A stretch of DNA of 64,000 nt from the human T2T-CHM13v2.0 reference genome, Homo sapiens. The DNA is taken from assembly GCF_009914755.1 (NCBI RefSeq), contig NC_060929.1. One strand, written 5' to 3'. A program made the position numbers and the translations under genes. Below are positions 46,172 to 59,914 of this stretch, one piece after another. The first letter of the stretch is position 1, and each line of letters starts with the position of its first letter. The notes under the pieces are model-generated. The model searched no databases. It was not told the origin of the DNA and worked only from the letters and a program-made list of their open reading frames with translations.

Positions 46172-46488
46172 TATTTTTTATTTTCATTTATTTATATTTT
46201 TAGAGCCAGCATCTCATTCTGTCACTCAGGGCTAGAGTGCAGTGGCACATTCATAGCTCACTAAAACCTTGAACTCCTAAGCACAAGTGATCCTCCCACC
46301 TCCCCCTCCCAAGTAGTTAGGACTACAGTCATGCACCACCATGCCCAGCTAATTTTTTTATTTTATTTTGTGTAGAGACAGGTCTCACTATGTTGCCCCA
46401 GCTGACCTCAAACTCCTGGTCTCAAGAGAGTCTCCTGCCTTGGTCTCCCAAATGCTGGTATTACAATTGTGAGCCATGGCACTGGGCT
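46172..46488 (-). mobile_element. AluJ
   Basis: J-type features catagctcact, ttgaactcct, gatcctcccacc and ggtctcactatgttgccc. Confidence 0.88.
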
Positions 46489-46663
46489 CTTTTCAAATGT
46501 TTAAACTTTGGTAGGCTCATCTTGCCATTTTATTCCAGTTCTCCTTGTGTATTGCTTCTTCCATACAGTATACAGTATTTTAGAATCAGCCTTCTAATAA
46601 CCTTTTTAAAATTTTGATCGCAATAGTATTGATCTCTTTGGGGAGAATTATCTTTATTATATC

Positions 46664-46756
46664 TTTTTTTATTATACTTTAAGTTTTAGGGTACATGTGC
46701 ACAACGTGCAGGTTTGTTACATATGTATACATGTGCCATGTTGGTGTGCTGCACCC
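46664..46756 (-). mobile_element. ~95 bp L1PA4-like 3' tip, in old L1ME-like sequence (~46540-48000)
   Basis: attatactttaagttttagggtacatgtgcacaacgtgcaggtttgttac...gctgcaccc; no clear TSD. Confidence 0.92.
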
Positions 46757-48160
46757 CATCCTATAATCAAATTCATGTGCATATCTCTCTTCTTTTATTC
46801 AAATTTTATTTTTCAGCTTCAGGAAAATTTTATACTTTTTAAAATTATTTTTTTCATTACGATCTTAACAATTTCTTGTTAGATTTATTATCAGAAATTG
46901 TATTGCCTTAATTGCTTAATATAAATGGGATTTTCCTACAATACTTGCTAATTTATTGTTACTGCTATATGCAAACGTTAATTTATATTTTATGTTATTC
47001 TTAATTCTAGCCATCACTGTGAACTTTCTAATTGCCTTCAATAGATCTTCTGTGTAACTAATTATATCTTTGAAAATACAATGCTATCTTCTGGCATTCA
47101 TAATCCTTTTCACTTACGTATTTATTATTTATTGTAGCTTCCAAAGAACCAGTTTTTGTTTTGAAAATTTTTATATAATTTATTTCTGCTCATGTCCTTA
47201 TTATTTCTTCCCTTTTATATTATTTTGTTTCATCAAATGTTATGTTCCTGCTTTTTATCCTGTTGTCTTAGTTTTTCTCATTCTTTTTTGTTTTATAATA
47301 AACATATTTGTAATTGCAAACATTCCATTACATTCTGCTTTTATAACCTGCATATTTTAAAAATGCTGTTCTAATTTTTATTTATATGCAATTTTAAATT
47401 TCTCCTTTGAATATCTCTTTCAACAAAAACTTGTTTAAAATGTGCATTTATTAGTTATAGAACATTATTTTTCTTACTTTTCTATTGTAGTCAAACTTTA
47501 TTGCCTATGACTCCATGATAGCAGCCTGTGAAATTTCTACCTTTTGGAATTAAAAAATATGTGATCATTGTTTAAAAAAGATCCATGTGTGTGTGTGAAG
47601 AGATCTTGTTCTTAAATTTATTGAATATAAGATGTTATGTGTGAGATATTTACAAAAAGACCTTGTTTTAAAATTTATTAAAAACAAAATGATATATATG
47701 TGATATTTGCTTACCCATGTAGACGTGATTTTTGAATTCTCAATATTCTAACATATTTGCTTAATTTATTTCCTGAGTTTCTAAGTTAGATATGATTGTG
47801 CTTTTGTTAAATTCTCTTTGTATTTCTCTCAAATTTCATCTTAAATATTTTAATTATGTTATTAACTGAAGAAAAGTAATTACCAATAGACTTTCTTAGA
47901 ATATTGTTATTTTGATTAATATATAGTATTACGGTTTTTTTGGTCTTAAATTGGAGTCTGTCTATATTAATATTGTTTTATTTATTTACTTTTGCTTATT
48001 TGTTTTTATTGATGTTTTATTTGTATTATTTTTCATATAAAAGATAAAGAATTTTGTCATCCCACAATCTTTATTATTAATTAAAAAGTAAATATAAGTT
48101 AATAATTGCCAACAAAAACTGAAAATTATAAAAAATAAAGCTGTGGAATAAAATAGAAGC

Positions 48161-48915
48161 TGTATTAGTCTATTCTTACATTGCTATGAAGAACTACCTG
48201 AGACTGGGTTATATGGTTTGGCTCTGTATCCCCACCAAAATCTCATCTTGTAGCTCCCATAATTCCCAAATGTTGTGGGAGGGACCCAGTGGGAGATGAT
48301 TGAATCATGTGGGCAGGTCTTTCCCATGCTGTTCTGATGATAGTGAATGGGTCTCATGAGACGTGATGGTTTTCAAAACAGGAGCTTCTCTGCAAAGTTT
48401 CTCTCTTTGCCTGCAGAACATCCATGTAAGATGTAACTTGCTCCTCCTTGCCTTCCATCATTCCACCATGAGTGTGAGGCTTCCCCAGCCATGTGGAACT
48501 GTGAGTTCTCCATTAAACCTCTTTCCTTTGTAAATTGCCAAGTCTTAGGTATGTCTTTATCAGCAGTGTGAAAACAGACTAATACACTGGGTAATTTATA
48601 AATAAAAGAGGTTTAATTGGCTCACAGTTTCACAAACTGTACAGGAAGCATGGCTGAGGAGGCCTCAGGAAACTTACAATTGTGGCAGAAGGTGGAGAGG
48701 AAGGAGACACATCTTACATGGCTGGAGCAGGCAAGGAAGAGGGCTACACACTTTCAAACAACCAGATTTCCTGAGAATTCACTCACTATCCTGAGAACAA
48801 CAAGGGGGAGAACACCCCCATGATCTAATCACCTCTCACCAGGCCCCTCCTCCAACACTGGAGATGATTACAATTTGACATGAGATTTTGATGGGGATAA
48901 ATCCAAGCCATATTG
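48161..48915 (-). mobile_element. MSTA-like solo LTR split by a THE1 LTR
   Basis: tgtattagtc...ccatattg with perfect 5 bp TSD gaagc. Confidence 0.9.
48209..48586 (+). mobile_element. THE1B-like solo LTR nested antisense in the MST LTR
   Basis: ttatatggtttggct...gactaataca with perfect TSD ctggg (48204-48208, 48587-48591). Confidence 0.92.
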
Positions 48916-50146
48916 GAAGCAATACTGTCAAGATTTTGTTTTCAGTCATTTATATCCTAGCCAATTCTGTGAAGCTATTTATAATAGTCAGATATATAAA
49001 TAACAAAGGAAAATAATTCATGGTTTTCTAGATAAAACTGTTCATAATTATATTTTCATCTTATCTTTCATTGTTTACAGCAAGCTGCCAAAATATGTAA
49101 TAATATAGCTCCATTGTTGAGTTCAAATAATCTTACAATATATTTATATTAATAGTAATAAAAAATCAGGGTGTGACTCTTTTGGGCATTTTCAGTTGTG
49201 TGGAATTGATCTCATGCAAGCTTCAAAAGGTAAAATAATATTTTTGGTTGAGAAAGACAGAAATAACCATTTTTGAAAAAAAATACTGCAGAAATGCTAA
49301 AGAGGCTATTTTTACCAATTTAGAAGTGAGAAATGAGGGTAATTAATGAATGAATTACAAATATTCTAAATTTGGTTAAACAAACATCAGGTTGAAAGTT
49401 TTATGTTGTCTTAGAAGTATAGCAACTTTCTGGGACAACAATAAATGGGTGATTGAGTGGTGAAAGTTAAATTTAATGCATTTTCAGATGGTATATGAAT
49501 AATCTCCATTTGCATTGAATGGAAGTAAATGCAGGAAAGTGCTGAGATACTGTGAAATCATTGAGTTTATAAAGTAGGAAAATAGGAAAATCTGACAACT
49601 GTCTGAGGTTCTAGAAATGATATGGTAACCGTGAATATACAAAAAGAGTACTATTCCAAAGGCCTACCTAGCTTCTTTATTATTGTATGGGCACAACTGC
49701 ACACAAAGTCTTTCTTTCATAATTTTTGGGGGTTTTTTTTCTTTAAATTTACATAAGTCCTGGCAAAACAACCTGCGTTCCAGGTGTCTCTGCAATAGCA
49801 GTGGACCATGGCTAGCCAACACGTTTATCCTGGTACATTGTAAATCTGATCATTTGGCACTTATTCTATGTTTAGTAAGATTGTAGTGTTCAATTCCATG
49901 GGGAATTGTGTTGTTATCAATTAGAAGTTAGGACCTGGGAGGGAATGGAAGGTGCTAAGAGCCCTGTATTTGCCATCTTTGGTCTAGCTTATACATGCTC
50001 CAAGTCCTCATTCTGCCTTGTATCTCCAGTGTCTAGCACAGCATATGAAACTATGGCTTTGAACAGCAAATGCTGGTGAAATGATAACAAAATCAAAATT
50101 AATTTATGGTAAGAGAGACTTTTCTAACAATATGAAAGACTATATG

Positions 50147-50470
50147 TGTATTATTCTGCTCGGGCTGCCATAACAAAATATCATACAAACTGGGTGGCTT
50201 AAATAACAGAAGTTAATTTTCTCACAGTTCTAGAGACTAGAAGTCTAAGATTAAGGCACCAACAGGATTGGCTCTGGTGAGGCCTCTCTTTGTAGCTTTC
50301 AGGCAGCCACCTTCTCACTGTCTTGACATGGCCTTTGTTCTGTGCACGCCTAGAGAAACAGAGAGTGAGATAGATGTCCAGTATCTCTTCTACTTTTCAT
50401 AAAGACACATGTCTTATGGAATTAGGGCCCTTATGACCTCATTTAACCTTAATTAACTTTTTAAATAACC
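50147..50470 (-). mobile_element. MLT1A-like LTR, one end missing
   Basis: tgtattattctgctcgggctgccataacaaaa...ctgggtggcttaaa...atgacctcatttaaccttaatta. Confidence 0.8.
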
Positions 50471-51079
50471 ATTGAAGAAGCTGGAGATCCCTGGACAGTG
50501 AATCACAACCAGATCATAAATCCCCCCATAAAGTTTTTACCAGGTCTACTTGAAAAATTTTATCCCAATTTCTGAAACTTTCATATATCTCAGTAAGCAT
50601 GAAAAAATAGGTATCACCACATCACAGAACAAGAAAGTTGGTTGTAAACGAGGTTTAACTTTATTATTCAACTGAGAAATATTTTAACTTACTAGGGTAA
50701 CGTAGTATTGAAAGGAAATTAAAGTAAAATCATTATATAAGGATAAAAGTTATTTTGTAATATGCAGAATCACTCCATTTTATAAAAAGTGAGATACGTA
50801 TCTACAGATTTAAAAGGTCAATTCTGTATTTCAAGGAAATCTCAGTGACTCAGACTAGGTCTTTTTCTGGTATGTAAAACTTCAATATTTGACATTTTCC
50901 AAATAATTCAATGCTGAAGATCCACACATGAACATCTAGTCATCCTTATTCAAAAAGATATATCGAGCATCTAATATGGGTTTTAGCAGGCTATACCAAG
51001 ACCTGGTGGGACAGAGGTATATGAGATGTGGGTCATATTACCAAAAGAGATCTGGTGGCAAAATAGACATGACATGTTT

Positions 51080-51700
51080 TCATTTCGTTTAGATCTAATT
51101 CATGTTCTTCAAGAGATTTTAGAATTTGAAGTTTACTGTTGCCTACCATCTTACATTTTTATGTATTACATTAATTTTGTATATCAGTCTATTATATTTT
51201 CTACTTGCTATATATGTATTCTTAGTGATTATTATAAACTGATTATTATGTGACCTACTATTTTACTAAATTCTCATATTACAGTAATTTTCCATTGATT
51301 CTTGTGAATTTTTAAATATAACATTATAATACCTGCAATAAATACAGTTTTGATTCTTTTATTCTCATTCCTGTTTTTAATTACTTTCTTTTATCTAATT
51401 CTACATATGTGTGTACATATGCCCACATGCATATGTATATGTACATATATATGTCAACATTTATACCAATTCCTATTTATTCTATAAATAAAATTTTTCA
51501 GAGTTGAAAAATGTCAAATACATTTTCTGCAGCTATGAAGATTATCACAGGATTTTTCCCTTTAGCCTTGTTTATATAATGGATTCTACTAATGGATTTC
51601 TTCCTATTGACCCACTCTCACATTCCTGGGATTTATCACAGTTAATTGTGACATATTTTTTTCTCCAGTGTACTATTTAATATAACTTGGCTCATGCAAT
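51080..51700 (-). mobile_element. Degenerate L1ME fragment
   Basis: tgtcaaatacattttctgcagctatgaagattatc and cacattcctgggatttatc are antisense ORF2 remnants. Confidence 0.55.
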
Positions 51701-54700
51701 ATATTGAAGGAGAAAGGTATTCCCCCTTTCTAATGACTATATAGAGGTGGCCTGCTACTATTCAACTTGCCATGCATAGCAATATTGGAACAAATGCATC
51801 AGGTTTTCTTGTCTACACTTTATTATTTATTACCTAAAATGAAAAGAAGAAACTGTTAACTAGATAGTGTTTCTTTACCAGTGGTGAGAATGTTGTGTCT
51901 CAAAGCAAAAAAGTTTTCTCTCTTGCTGCCTGTTTTAGAGATTGAAAAAGGCTGTGCACATATTTCCCATATTTCCCTTCCTGGGTACCTTTCAACACAA
52001 CAGGGCACAGCCACATGAGAACTCTGTAAGGAGAAAATACCAGGGAGAAATTTGCTATTACATTAAGTTTCTCTTTCTCTATTTTATACTCTGCTTTTTC
52101 CACTAAGTCTCAAAAGTAGACTGGCCCCAGCTTTGATCTCAGTTTTCTCAAAGAAGGTCAAAGACATCAGGTAGAATACTGCTTTAATATTGTTGTTACA
52201 GGTAATTCTCAGACTTAATTAAGGATGAATGTGTTTTGATCTTTTATTTTTTTCTTTGCAATGACACTTCATATGAACCTTTTGTAATTGAGTTTTAAAA
52301 GCTTAGAGAGAAGGGTCATTCTGCAGTAAGATAATACTGCAAACTCTTCTTTGACATAGACATGATAAAAACAGAGAAGATAAAACCAGAGAAGATAGAC
52401 TACATATCAAACGTGATTTTCAAAACTTAATTGGAAAATCCTCAAAATAGCTCTGGAGGAGCTTTCTTATGGTATATATTATGGATGGACTTTTAGTATT
52501 AGAAATAGAGAATCGATGTGTCTCTGTGCAAAGAGATCACATTAGCAGGCTACCAATGCGCTCTTTTATGTACTAAAACCATGCAACTGTGGGGCTCAAC
52601 TTAATATTCATTAGCATTGATGAAGAAAACTCATAATTTTATGAGCTGGAGAGTGAGTAGTCACAGAAAAGAAGATGTTTAGGGCCATGCATTAATTTTG
52701 TTGCAACATTTCATATTTTGGTTGGAATCAGCCTCAAACTGTGGAAGGATTAGTAGGTTAAGGCAGATTACTTAAGCCTTGTTCTGATAGTGAAAAACCA
52801 TTGCAATAGGCTTTGCATATACATAGGCTCTTTCTTCAGTTGTCAAAGACATTCTGTGTTGGTCCTAGAATTATTTGCTTCATTTTCTGATACCTTTAGC
52901 ACTCTCCTAGTTCTTTCAACTGGCAATTTAAATATTCCAGCAATGTTAGCTTTTCTTTTATAAGCCAACTTTTGTAATATATGTATGTCATACCTTAGAA
53001 GAGAAAATCTGGATTCAATTGATCTCTATAGTGAATATAACTTTTAAGATCCACTGTTAGTTAAAATAGAATCCTAAATTTATTCATAATTTGCAGCTCA
53101 ATAGTGAAGGATCTCTTATAGTCTGCCTCTGAAGAATTTTATGCAAATTACAAGACTTTAAATTGATTTATATTTTAATGTAATAAGGAAATTCACTACA
53201 TGAAAAAGCTAAAGTCCAAAACTTTTCTTAAGGTGAAGAAGTAGCCATCTTTTGACTACCTTTGACATTTGTTGTCCTATAAGGACCAAGATCAAACTAA
53301 TCAAACTTTCCTAGAGTTTAATACAACTGTGACTTAATTTTAGAATGTACAAAAAAGCACTTAAATTCAGCTTCAGTCATTAGGAGAATATAATTAATAC
53401 ATCCTTGATTGTCTTGTGCAAATGAAGTTGTGCCCATGTTTAAACTCATTCATGTGCCTCTTGGTAATAATTTATAAAAGAAGGAAAGAGAATTATCTGA
53501 TTTCTTGATCAAGAAGTCCTGAAAACCTGTCCATTAAGAAGCTATTAATTCTGGACTTCATTGCACTCATGTCATTTCACACCTTAAACATCAAAATTCT
53601 CATTAAGCAATTGGCCCCCTCCCTCCACCTGGAGGATGCTTTCTGCATCTATCCTTTCCTCTCCATTGTCCCTACCTACAACCTAATCTCAGTCTTCAAA
53701 TCACACCCCCCATCAGTAAATGGTTATAAGAAACCCCTCACAATACATCTACATGAATTCACCCATATATGATACACAAGTGTTACCATATTAGGTATAT
53801 TATGAAACAGGTGCAAAGGATACGTTTTGAAAGGATGATTTGAAGATAAATGTACATACAGGTTGCAAAACGTCCCCAACCTTGACTGGCCCATACAGCT
53901 CAATTTGGAGACTACAGCCTGGACTGACCATGGCAATACCTCCCCATGCTTTCCTCTGGTCCACTTTGTCTCCTGCTTCAACACACACCACCCACCCTGC
54001 CTAGTCTTTCTGGGGTGCAGCTTTGATGATATCACTTTCCTTCTTCCACAGGTCAGCAGGTTAATCTCAAATTCCTAAGCCTGGAATTCAACTTCTAGAA
54101 ACAGGTCTGACTCAATCCCAACTCATTTCACACTCTCTCCTGGGTTGCAGATGGCACAGACTGCCTGGCATGAAACAATTCAAAAAAAAAAGAAAAGAAA
54201 ATAGATAAACAAAAAGCAAGTGAAGGGTAGACATATGCTTTTCTTTGTTAATTCATGCCCAAACTTGTAATTGTTTCCATATTTCTGACTAAAAAAGTTT
54301 TATAAGCTAAAGAAGTTGTTTTAAGTGTGAAATTGAGTTTCAATAATATGTTGTACACATATTAGGATCACACAGAATCTCCTTCTCTATTGCATTTATG
54401 AAAAGACAAAGAAGACATCTAAAAGAACAAGTAAATGCCCAAAAACATACACAATATATCTTATCTAAGGTAAGTTATTTAAAATATACATATTATATTG
54501 CTAGACATTTTATATGAATTTCATAGGCTCAAGAGGCCTATGTTTAGAAAAATAATATTTTATTGAGACAGCCATATATGAGAGTTCTTTATTATTTCTT
54601 TCCACATATTTCTTTAAACTTCTCTAGCGTAATATAACAAGTAATAAAGCAACAGTTGGACAGTCTTCTATGACAGATTTTCCAAATGCATGACATTTGG

Positions 54701-55773
54701 TTGCTGCATTAAAAGGCTTGAGTGAACTTGGGAGTCAAAACAAGGAACTGAAGAGAACACCTGTTGATTTTGTATTGGCATAAAAGTTTCTAGGTTAAAT
54801 GGTGAATTCAGCATTGGATAATACAATCATAGCAAATAACACTTAGCATTAAATGAATTTTTCAAAAAGTCTACTTTTCCTGGTTTTCCGCAAGTAGTGA
54901 TTAAATATCTTCAGTTTCAAGTGTATTCAGATTAGGATGCTATTTCGACTTGCATGCCTCCCCACGAACATCCATTATAAATTTACCCATTCCTTAGTGT
55001 ATTTGACAATTTTTGTCTGAGAAAGAATGAAGAGCAGCCCCCGTGTGTGAGGTCTGAACGAGACTGGTCTGTACATAAATGTCCAAGTGGGATTGCTAAA
55101 TGTGCTCTCCAGAGGGTGGTGCAGAATCTCTTTTCCAGGTTTTCTGCAAACCCATACCTGCTCCACCTGGTTACCAATGCTCTATATTTGAGAGGATTCT
55201 TGTTGGCCCATTTGGTGCTGAGGCTCATGTCTGACACACCATGAGGCAACCCAGAGACAGCAAAAATGCAAGAACAGAGCCCTAAACCATAAGGTCGAGA
55301 TAATGGAGGTTCCTGGGAGTCAGAAAACTATAGAGGCTCTGGACCTCTCTAAGCCATCAAAGTTATTTGTCTATCTCCTAGAAGTATGTCAAAATATCAG
55401 TATCCAAAGTCATCTACTGCTTCAGTACATCCTTACACAGGATAGGCAACATTAACCTTACCTTTCTCAGAAATATCACAGTACAAAGAAATCCTAAATT
55501 AAAAACCATGACAAAACTATTGTCTCCTACTACAGAGATTATCAGTGATGACCTAGACATTTGATAACTTTTGTATATTTTCTAACTGTGGTCAGGTATT
55601 TTTGTTATCGTTCTAAGAGCTATAATATAAAACTTGTGTTCACTGAAATTAGAAATCCATTCTTGTTTTTATAGTAAGGAAAGGCATTGCTTGAATAAAA
55701 ACTGAGCTGAGTAAACTTTGGGGTATCTAAAATGGCAAGGTTTGTGTGCTTTTACATCTCTTCATATGCCCAG

Positions 55774-56153
55774 TGATATGGTTTGCCTCTGTGTCCCCAC
55801 TTAAATCTCATGTGGAATTGTAATCCTCAGTGTTGCAGGAGGGACCTGGTGGGAGGTGGCTGGAACATGGGGGCAGATTTCTCCCTTGCTGTTCTCATGA
55901 CAGTGAGCGAGTTCTCAGGAGATCTGGCTGTTTAAAAGTGTGTAGCACTTCCCCTTCCACTGTCTCTCCTTCCAATATATGAAAATGTGCCATTTTCCCC
56001 ATCACCCTTCCGCCATGATTGTAAGTTTCTGCGGCCTCCCTAGCCATGCCTCCTGTACAGCCTGTGGCACTGTGAGTCAATTAAACCTCTTTTCTTTACA
56101 AATTACCCAGTCTCGTGTAGTTCTTTATGGCAGTATGAGGATGAACTAACACA
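55774..56153 (+). mobile_element. MSTA-like solo LTR
   Basis: tgatatggtttg...gaactaacaca; TSD cccag/cccaa. Confidence 0.9.
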
Positions 56154-58599
56154 CCCAAATTTTGATAATCTGTCACACACACAGAAAGTCTATTTGCAAT
56201 AACCCAAATTTTCTGAAACAAAGAACAAAACAGCTACCCCAAAATGTTGAGAGACAGCTAATCAAAGTGAAAATGAACAACAGAGGGGATATTAGGTATG
56301 AATTAAAATATGCTGGCTGCTCCGAATTTGATTTCTGAAGAACTGATGAGCCACCTGACTAGGAAATTTCAGTGGATTGGCCTTGAGCCACTGGGTCATC
56401 TGTAACATTCAGCAGAATATGGGGCTTTGAAGCTGTGAGAAAATGAGAATGAGAATTTTGTGAAGAATGGAATGCCTCCATAAGGAAAGAAATATGTTCT
56501 CGATATATATATATTTTTTTAAAGAGCCAGAGGTGTGTTTGAATGCATGCTTTCTTACCAGGTTACATGTGCCCCAGGCATAATTTAATAGGCCCCAGTC
56601 ATATATGTTTAATCATAAAGTTAACTTTATTGTTGTAACTGTACCTCTGACAAGGCCCCATTTCCACCTCACAATGGGAGCATAAAATTTTATTGTGCAG
56701 TTAACTGAGACCAATCCACTAATTTTTCCAGGCACTCTGATTTAAACACTCTCATGTGGTGATAAATATTCACTCAAACCTAAAATTTGCTTCACTCAGA
56801 TCTGGATAGACATTTGCACTCTGAGGTCCCCAGTCCCCAGCCAGCCGGCCCCGCATCTGCATGGGGAGGCTGTCCTTGACCTGGCATGATTCGTCCTTAG
56901 CCATTTCTGTGTCAGGGAGGAGCCAGCCCAGAAGACCTCCCAGGGGCTCCATCTTGTGGGCTACAGGTGTTCCCTGAGTTACAGCCTGGCCTGGGCACTA
57001 GATACTAATGTATTTGCTGCATTACACCTAGGCAATTATAAAACAACCATGTATTATAGTTAAGTAGCATAAATCCATGGAAACTGTATTTTTTTATTAA
57101 TTTTATGGTCTTAACCAATATGCCCCATTTTAGTAGTTGAAATAAGTCTAAATTTAAATTCTTAAGGAACTTGACATTATAAACTTTCATTCATAGGAAA
57201 ACTAGAAAAGGATAGCAAATATATACATAAATATACAAATGTAGGTACTCGTAATATGAATATGAAGACCACATATTGCCATTTCCAAATATCAGCATTT
57301 TTACTTTATAATTTCATTTCAAAAGAATGCCAAAGATACAAAAAGAAATATCTTGATTTTTTAGTGACACTCTGTTAATTCTCAAAAAATGTTTAATTGA
57401 AATTTTAAATAATTAAATGTCATAGAAAACAGAAAAGGTAATGTAAAATAATTAAAGTAGATTAAAAAGACAACAAATAGGAAACGAAGAAAAGAACAAG
57501 ACACTAATACAATGAATTATGTACTTAAACACAGAACTTAGGGTTGAATGTCCTGGAAAATATTTAGAACATTTAATTCTCATAGCCTGCTAAAGTCCAG
57601 TGCATGTAGTGGGACACAACCCTAGACCAATGAAAAGGACAGACAAGCCCCAGATTCTACTTATCCCAAACAAGTCACATTCCTGGGTGAATGTGGGTTG
57701 TTTTCCAACTGTATGGAAAGTGACATGGAACCAATAATGGTACCAGGATGACAAGACTGGATTTTGACCAGTGGCTTATCAGCTAAAAGTTATTTGTGCA
57801 ATACCATAATTGATATAGTGATTCCTTTCATAGTTTTTGTAAGGATTAAATGAGATACAGTAATCAAATATCAATGTAAAGGGGCAGCATAAGTAAAATC
57901 TAAAGCTCTAGGTTGACGTGGAAAGGTGGTGTTTTCTGAAATAGAAATCATAGAGAAGAATCACTAAGTGGGATCTTATAACCAATTAACTTACTGTCTG
58001 GTACTCTCCAAAAAGATCATAACTTTCCCCAGCACATAACAGATCCAGAGTGATTTGTGTTTGCACATCCCAGCATTTCTCACACATGGGCTTACACACC
58101 ACATATGCGGCCATGTCTTGGCTTACGGATTGAAGGAGCACTTGTTAGAATGAGGAGTTCTATTTATAGAGGAGCTGCTGTGAGCAAGACATCCTACTAG
58201 GCACTCAAGTGGATGTTACTTTATGCAATTTACTCATCATTGCAAAATCGTGAATAAAGTGTTGTCCCATTTTAGAGGAGAAAAAGGGCAAGAGATCAAA
58301 TTAGTTGCTAAAAGTCAACTGCTCATGAGCTGATCATCAGTAAAAAAAAAAATACACTCATGTTAGTATCATCCAAACTATTATGTGTGTATACATATAT
58401 TTATATATTCTGTGTGTGTATATCTTTGTATATCTGTGTGTATATGTGTGTGCCTATCTGTATGTATTTGTATATCATCTCTTGACAACCTTCTCTAGCC
58501 ACTATCCCATTTATCTGTCTTTTTTTATTAAAAAATGCGTCAAAAGGGTTGTCTATATTAGGGGTCTCCACTTTTTCTTCTGTCATTACCACTTGAAAA

Positions 58600-59760
58600 C
58601 CATTCCAAATTTGGTCATTATTTTTGATTCTCTTTCTATATTTTTTCCAGAATGTTTACAGTTAAATTTACTGCATTTAGGTCTATGATCCGTTTCCATT
58701 TACTTTTTGCATGTAGTGTTAGTTGAATGGAGAGGTTCATTTTCTTTTTTGCATATATCCAGTTGTTCCGGCAATATCGTTGAAAAAACTATTCTTTCCC
58801 TATTGAACTACTTATGCATCATTGTTGAAAATCAATCAACAGTATAACCAAGTCTGTTTGTGAAGTTTGTTTATTGATTTAATTTTTTAAAACAATTTTT
58901 ATTGTGTATACTTAAGGCATACCATATGATGCTATAAGATATATAGTATATATAAATATATATAGTGCATATATAAATAGAGTATATATAAACATATATA
59001 GAGTATATATAAACTATATAAATATGTGTGTATAGATTTAAATATATTTAAATATAAATATATAGAGTATATATAGCTATACGTAAATATATGTATATAT
59101 TTAGAAATATATATACTATATATAAATAGAATATATAAATATATACATAAATATATAATATGAATTTATATATAAATATATAGTATGTTTATAAATATAT
59201 AGTATACATATAATTATATAATACATATAATACATTGTATATATAATACATATAAATATATAGTATATATAAATATATAGTATATATAGCTATACACAAA
59301 TGTATGTATATATTTAGAAATATAGACTATATAAATAGAATATATAAATATATATAGTAAAATTACCATAATGAAACTAATTAACATATTCATATCTTAA
59401 ATGATTACCTATCTCCCTTATTCCCTTCTGTGGCAAAATAAGCTATAATTTATTTAGCAAAAATTCTGAATAAAATACACTATGATAAACCACAGCTCTC
59501 ATATTCGATGTTAGATCTTTGGCCTTGTTCATCCTACGTATTTGATACTTTGTATCCTTAGAAGACAGCTAACATGTTGATTGGAATTGCATTGAATCTG
59601 TGTAGAAATTTGCCATTTTAACAATATTGATTATTCTAATCTATAACATATATATTTCTCCACTTATTTCTTTTTGCTTTCTTTTAGCAGTATTTTTTAC
59701 AGTTTTCAGGGCATAAGTTTGGTATAACTTTCATTAAATTTATTCTTACCTATTCTATTT
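58600..59760 (-). mobile_element. Old L1ME ORF2 relic interrupted by an L1MA-type 3' end (~58890-59560)
   Basis: ttaggtctatgatcc...tccagttgttcc...ttgaaaa resumes at tgattggaattgcattgaatctg; the L1MA end includes gttagatctttggccttgttcatccta. Confidence 0.65.
58938..59358. repeat. (TA)n-derived AT-rich array with internal ~85 bp duplication
   Basis: Near-pure A/T; block gtatatatagctatac...tatttagaaatata...aaatagaatatataaatatata occurs at ~59068-59145 and ~59280-59354. Confidence 0.9.
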
Positions 59761-59778
59761 GAAATGAAACTTCCTTCA

Positions 59779-59914
59779 TCAGGAGCTAAGTTGGGAAGTT
59801 GGCTTGAGCCCAAGAGTTCAGGGTTACAGTGAGCTATGATACCACCACTGCGCTCCAACCTGGGCAAAAAAGAGAGGCCCCATCTCTAAAAAGAAAAAAA
59901 GGGGAAATAAAAAA
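59779..59914 (+). mobile_element. AluJ right-arm/FRAM-like monomer
   Basis: gcttgagcccaagagttc...cagtgagctatgat; TSD gaaacttc(c/t)ttca. Confidence 0.85.

Noticed and set aside
57760-58335. Possible MIR fragments
   Set aside because: Only short motifs (gtaaggattaaatgagata) are visible and boundaries cannot be supported.
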